A stretch of DNA of 36,905 nt, taken from a virus. Lineage: Duplodnaviria; Caudoviricetes. Below the pieces are notes generated by a model. That model made no database searches and had not been told where the DNA came from. It saw only the letters and a program-made list of their open reading frames with translations. The position numbers were made by a program, and so were the translations under genes. Positions 33,605 through 36,905 of the stretch are shown one piece after another (within the stretch, counting starts at the first letter, position 1; each line of letters opens with the position of its first letter). The stretch is from the IMG/VR virus record IMGVR_UViG_3300043451_000089, positions 1 through 36,905 of that record; one strand, written 5' to 3'.

Positions 33605-36222
33605 GTCCTTGTTTTGAATCGGTTATATGTCACTGAATTTCCTTGTTTTGTCCTTTTTACAACCTCCATGATGGATTGAGTAATCTCACCCAATTCGATT
33701 GATGTTTCGGGCTTATTTTTGATCGTGGAATTGACCTCGTCCAATTTGTTAACCAACAACGCCAAATCCATGGCATTTCCTGCTGAATCGGAACGAACTA
33801 AACGCCCATTTTGGTAATTCATGGCAATTTGTGCAAGTTGCTCATTGGACATCGCACCAATTTTCTCATTCAACGACTTAGGCATTACGCGTTCATTGGG
33901 ATGAAGTACCGAAAGGAATCCACCTTTTCCATCAACTCCACGTCCATTTGCTCCCGTATCCTCGGTTCCTTTCTCAAACGCGGGTAATGAATTGATGAAT
34001 TGAGTTAGGACAGTGGCATCTTGAATCGTTTTTGCCACGGCTGTGTTCGGGTCATTCTCAACATTTGCCGTGTAGGACGAAAACACGGATTGTGCCAACT
34101 GAATTTTCTGCTGCCTGCGAAGTTCCTTAGCGCGTTCCTTTTCTTTCTCTGCAATAACTCTTTGTTGTTCCGCTAATGATTCCTTGGCTGAGATGTTACC
34201 ACTCTCGGCTAACTTTTGCAATTGGTCCGCTTGCTTTTCGGCCTCGGTCAATTCATTTTCCATGGCTTCAACTTTCTTTTTCGATTGAGAAACAAAGAAA
34301 TCAGTTGATAATTTGACCGACTGCTCCAGCATTTCCCTTTTCTCTTTCTCAATTCGTGCAGCTTCAATCGCTTCACGTTCCATACGTGCCAACTCGGAAT
34401 CAGTAATTGCATTGGCTTTAAACGCATTCATTTCCTCAGCATTTTTCTTTTCAGCTTCATTCTTTTCATCCATTGCTTTTTTATCCTTGTCCGCTTGTTC
34501 TTTCTGCTGCTTATCAATCAATACCATTTCATCATATAAAGCATCTTCCTGCTCTTTCAAGTAATCATCCAACAACTTCTTTCGATCAATCTTCTCCTCC
34601 TTTTTCTGTTCCTTTTTTGCTTTAGAAACCTTGTTCATGGATTTGACCTCCTTATCTGCATTGGCAACAACGGCATCAACCGCTAATTTTTCCAAATCAC
34701 CAATGTTGGCCATGGTTTTTTCAAGTTCAATCGCTGCTTGTCCTACTCCTTCCGTTCCGTTCCACCAATCCGAAATAGCTTGGTTAGTCTCCTTAAATAA
34801 CGTTTGTTGGTTATCCCTTGCATCGCTTACAGCCTCATTGAATTTCTCCATTCCCATTGATGCTTTCGCTTCATTGACCTTCATCTCCAATGCCAACTTT
34901 TTAGCGTATTGCTCTTCCAATAGGTTTTGCGCTGCTTTCGCTTTTGCTTCGGAAGTTATTTTAGCAATCAACTTACCTTTCGCTTCGGTCAATTTTTTGG
35001 TGTCATTGATGTCACCATTCAAATTCGCAAAATACTCGGGGTATAATTGGCTCAATAAATTGAGTGCTTCACGTCTTTGTTTCTCACTCAAATTATGATC
35101 GTTCACTCGGTTAGTCAAGACCTCAATTTGCGTTACCTCCTCTGCCGTGTTTTGGAGCTCCTTTTCAATTTCCTCATTCAATGATTTGCGCAATGTCGCT
35201 TGTCTGGCAAGTTCACCATTGGCATCTGTCAACCATGAATACAATTCTTTGTAATTCATCACCACTGCTGCAATGATACCACCCAACAAAAAGATTGGAT
35301 TGGTGAAAATTGCTTTTGCCAAGTCAAGAAATCCACTCGCCAATGCTTTGGTTTCTTGGCCGAGTAGCTTGAAATTTATTCCAGATACAGCATCGCCCAT
35401 GCTCGATAACGCTTTACCTGCACCCGCCAAATCCAAATCTAACATTCGAGACCCGAACAACTGGGTATTGTTACTCAATTGCTCAAATGCATTTCCTGCG
35501 TTGGCTTTCGTTTCTTGTGCCAAATCCGTTATTTCATCCTTCAACTCGGCTGCACGTCTTTGCGCTGTCTTGAATGCTTCCGATGACTTGTCCATGCGCA
35601 TCATCTCTTCCATCAACTTCCTCAATTCCTGCTTATACGAACCTACTTTTCGGAAGTTATCACCCACACTCTCGTCAATGGCTTTGAGCTCCTTGTCCAT
35701 TTCTGATGCACGTTGAGCCGATTGTCTGTATTGCTCACTCAGTTTTTTAAATTCATCCGTGTTTTGCTTGCCTGCTTTTTCCAGCGCAAGTAATTGAGAT
35801 GCCATTTCACGAGCTTCATTCTTTGCTTCGCGTGTCGCTTTTTCCAATTGCTTGTATGCACTGGCTTCATTCTGCAATTGCTTGACCGCTTTTGCCGTCT
35901 CCTTTTCCTTTAATTGCTGTGTTTTGATAATCTCGCGCTCGGCTTTCTCTGAAATGATAAGTAGCTTGGCTTTTTCCTGCTCTACCTTGACCATTTCCTT
36001 GCTCACCTTGGTAGCTTGCTCGGTTGCTTGGGCAAATTCCTTTAGGCTCTGAGTTGAATCGAGTTTTTGACCTCCTAATGAAGTCTTTATTTCGGCTGCT
36101 GTTTGCTGCATGGTTGCTTCCAACCGATTCAAATCCGCAATCGTCTTGTTTGCGGAATCTCTTATACCTCGGAATACATCTTCATCCTCGAAAATGTCCT
36201 TTGCACCTATTAATTTTGCCAT
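33601..36222 (-). CDS. Tail tape measure protein
   Basis: 873 aa of E/K/A-rich coiled coil; DNFRKVGSY, TM-like NPIFLLGGIIAAVV and C-terminal FEKGT...LHPNERVM. Confidence 0.9.
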   Translation of the reverse strand: MAKLIGAKDIFEDEDVFRGIRDSANKTIADLNRLEATMQQTAAEIKTSLGGQKLDSTQSLKEFAQATEQATKVSKEMVKVEQEKAKLLIISEKAEREIIKTQQLKEKETAKAVKQLQNEASAYKQLEKATREAKNEAREMASQLLALEKAGKQNTDEFKKLSEQYRQSAQRASEMDKELKAIDESVGDNFRKVGSYKQELRKLMEEMMRMDKSSEAFKTAQRRAAELKDEITDLAQETKANAGNAFEQLSNNTQLFGSRMLDLDLAGAGKALSSMGDAVSGINFKLLGQETKALASGFLDLAKAIFTNPIFLLGGIIAAVVMNYKELYSWLTDANGELARQATLRKSLNEEIEKELQNTAEEVTQIEVLTNRVNDHNLSEKQRREALNLLSQLYPEYFANLNGDINDTKKLTEAKGKLIAKITSEAKAKAAQNLLEEQYAKKLALEMKVNEAKASMGMEKFNEAVSDARDNQQTLFKETNQAISDWWNGTEGVGQAAIELEKTMANIGDLEKLAVDAVVANADKEVKSMNKVSKAKKEQKKEEKIDRKKLLDDYLKEQEDALYDEMVLIDKQQKEQADKDKKAMDEKNEAEKKNAEEMNAFKANAITDSELARMEREAIEAARIEKEKREMLEQSVKLSTDFFVSQSKKKVEAMENELTEAEKQADQLQKLAESGNISAKESLAEQQRVIAEKEKERAKELRRQQKIQLAQSVFSSYTANVENDPNTAVAKTIQDATVLTQFINSLPAFEKGTEDTGANGRGVDGKGGFLSVLHPNERVMPKSLNEKIGAMSNEQLAQIAMNYQNGRLVRSDSAGNAMDLALLVNKLDEVNSTIKNKPETSIELGEITQSIMEVVKRTKQGNSVTYNRFKTRT

Positions 36223-36672
36223 CTATTTTTTGTTTGCGCGTTCAAATTCTTTCACCAAATTGAAGTACTCTCGAACACTAATTGTCTTTGCGTTTATCCA
36301 TGTTCCCATCCATTTGGAGATGTGAACCAATACTTGCTCTATTGTTGTGTCGGACCCGTTGTTCGACATCATTAAATTCAACTTCGCCAATTCCATCTCG
36401 GCCATGGTAAGTTCAAATCTATCCATGGTCAGGACGTAATTTAACTCATGAATGGCTTTTTTCTTCATCACCGCATAAATTCTTTTCTGCAGCTTCATCA
36501 ATCCGAACTCCTTTATGTACCCATCCATGATTCTTTCATAGCATTTGTAGTCCTGGAATCCACTCCCAACATTCAAATCCTTTCGGCAATACTCCAATTT
36601 CCCCTCTCCAATCTTGACCCAATTGTACAATGGCATATCGTCAAGACCATTGTAGTATCTCTCTCGCCACAT
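36223..36672 (-). CDS. Pre-tape-measure protein, likely a tail assembly chaperone
   Basis: 149 aa from the ATG at 36672 (YYNGLDDMPLYNW...ISVREYFNL); abuts the tape measure start. Confidence 0.7.
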   Translation of the reverse strand: MWRERYYNGLDDMPLYNWVKIGEGKLEYCRKDLNVGSGFQDYKCYERIMDGYIKEFGLMKLQKRIYAVMKKKAIHELNYVLTMDRFELTMAEMELAKLNLMMSNNGSDTTIEQVLVHISKWMGTWINAKTISVREYFNLVKEFERANKK

Positions 36673-36905
36673 TATTGAATCTTTCAATACATTCGATCGC
36701 CAACTTTTCGCGACTTTCCTCGGCCAACCCAATAATGCCGTCACCATATTTTTGAAATAAATCTTCTGTTCCATCTTCATTGACTTTTATTGCATCTGCA
36801 TCTATGACAAAGGTAGCATCCATCATGACCGTAATGAACATTGACCTATAAAATTCCCCACTATCATACAACGTGTATGGAGTACCTTCCATTTTATCTG
36901 GGTTT
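36641..36905 (-). CDS. 3' part of the junction-spanning 157-aa tail-region protein (starts at 336)
   Basis: In frame with 1..336 through the 127-bp overlap. Confidence 0.85.
   Translation of the reverse strand, partial: NPDKMEGTPYTLYDSGEFYRSMFITVMMDATFVIDADAIKVNEDGTEDLFQKYGDGIIGLAEESREKLAIECIERFNNVAREILQWS
36779..36905. repeat. Terminal direct repeat, copy 2
   Basis: Identical to 1-127. Confidence 0.95.

Noticed and set aside
543-36325. All plus-strand ORFs and nested minus-strand alternative-frame ORFs in the track
   Set aside because: They overlap well-supported minus-strand genes, lack recognisable motifs and look like shadow ORFs.
36673-36790. Longer 185-aa start at 36780, preceded by AAAAGTCA
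   Set aside because: It would overlap the junction-spanning gene by 140 nt, and the motif there is explained by the codons for IKVN. Not counted as an sRNA target.
36779-36905. 127-bp terminal repeat as a biological direct terminal repeat
   Set aside because: It lies inside a gene and its length equals a common assembler k-mer, so it is best read as a circularisation overlap.

Overview
The window is an apparently complete, circularly assembled dsDNA tailed-phage genome of about 36,778 bp. Bases 1-127 recur at 36779-36905, and one gene runs across that junction. Every credible CDS is on the minus strand. Multiple TTG-N19-TAnnTTTG promoters, A-rich leaders without Shine-Dalgarno sites and a DUF3127-like SSB point to a Bacteroidota (Flavobacteria-like) host. 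In transcription order the modules are: an early SNF2-like ATPase + ParB (IbrB-like) + PAPS-reductase (IbrA-like) cassette; small accessory genes with an attC-like site; replication (initiator with internal iterons, DnaB, NinG, MTase); recombination (ERF, YqaJ-like nuclease, SSB, HTH, clamp-like protein); a 440-nt structured non-coding region with two aberrant tRNA-like elements; ParB-MTase; packaging and HK97-type head; neck, fibre and siphovirus-like tail; lysis. I recognise no integrase, CRISPR array or reverse transcriptase. The most striking unannotated signal is a regulatory circuit. A ~60-nt sRNA gene with its own promoter and terminator (about 26734-26794) carries a seed complementary to an AAGTCAA motif at the start codons of about nine early/middle genes. 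A 19-bp palindromic operator sits in the early promoters, and a lone plus-strand mini-transcript at about 10.1 kb begins with the same target motif. All protein calls come from motif recognition and synteny; no searches were run.
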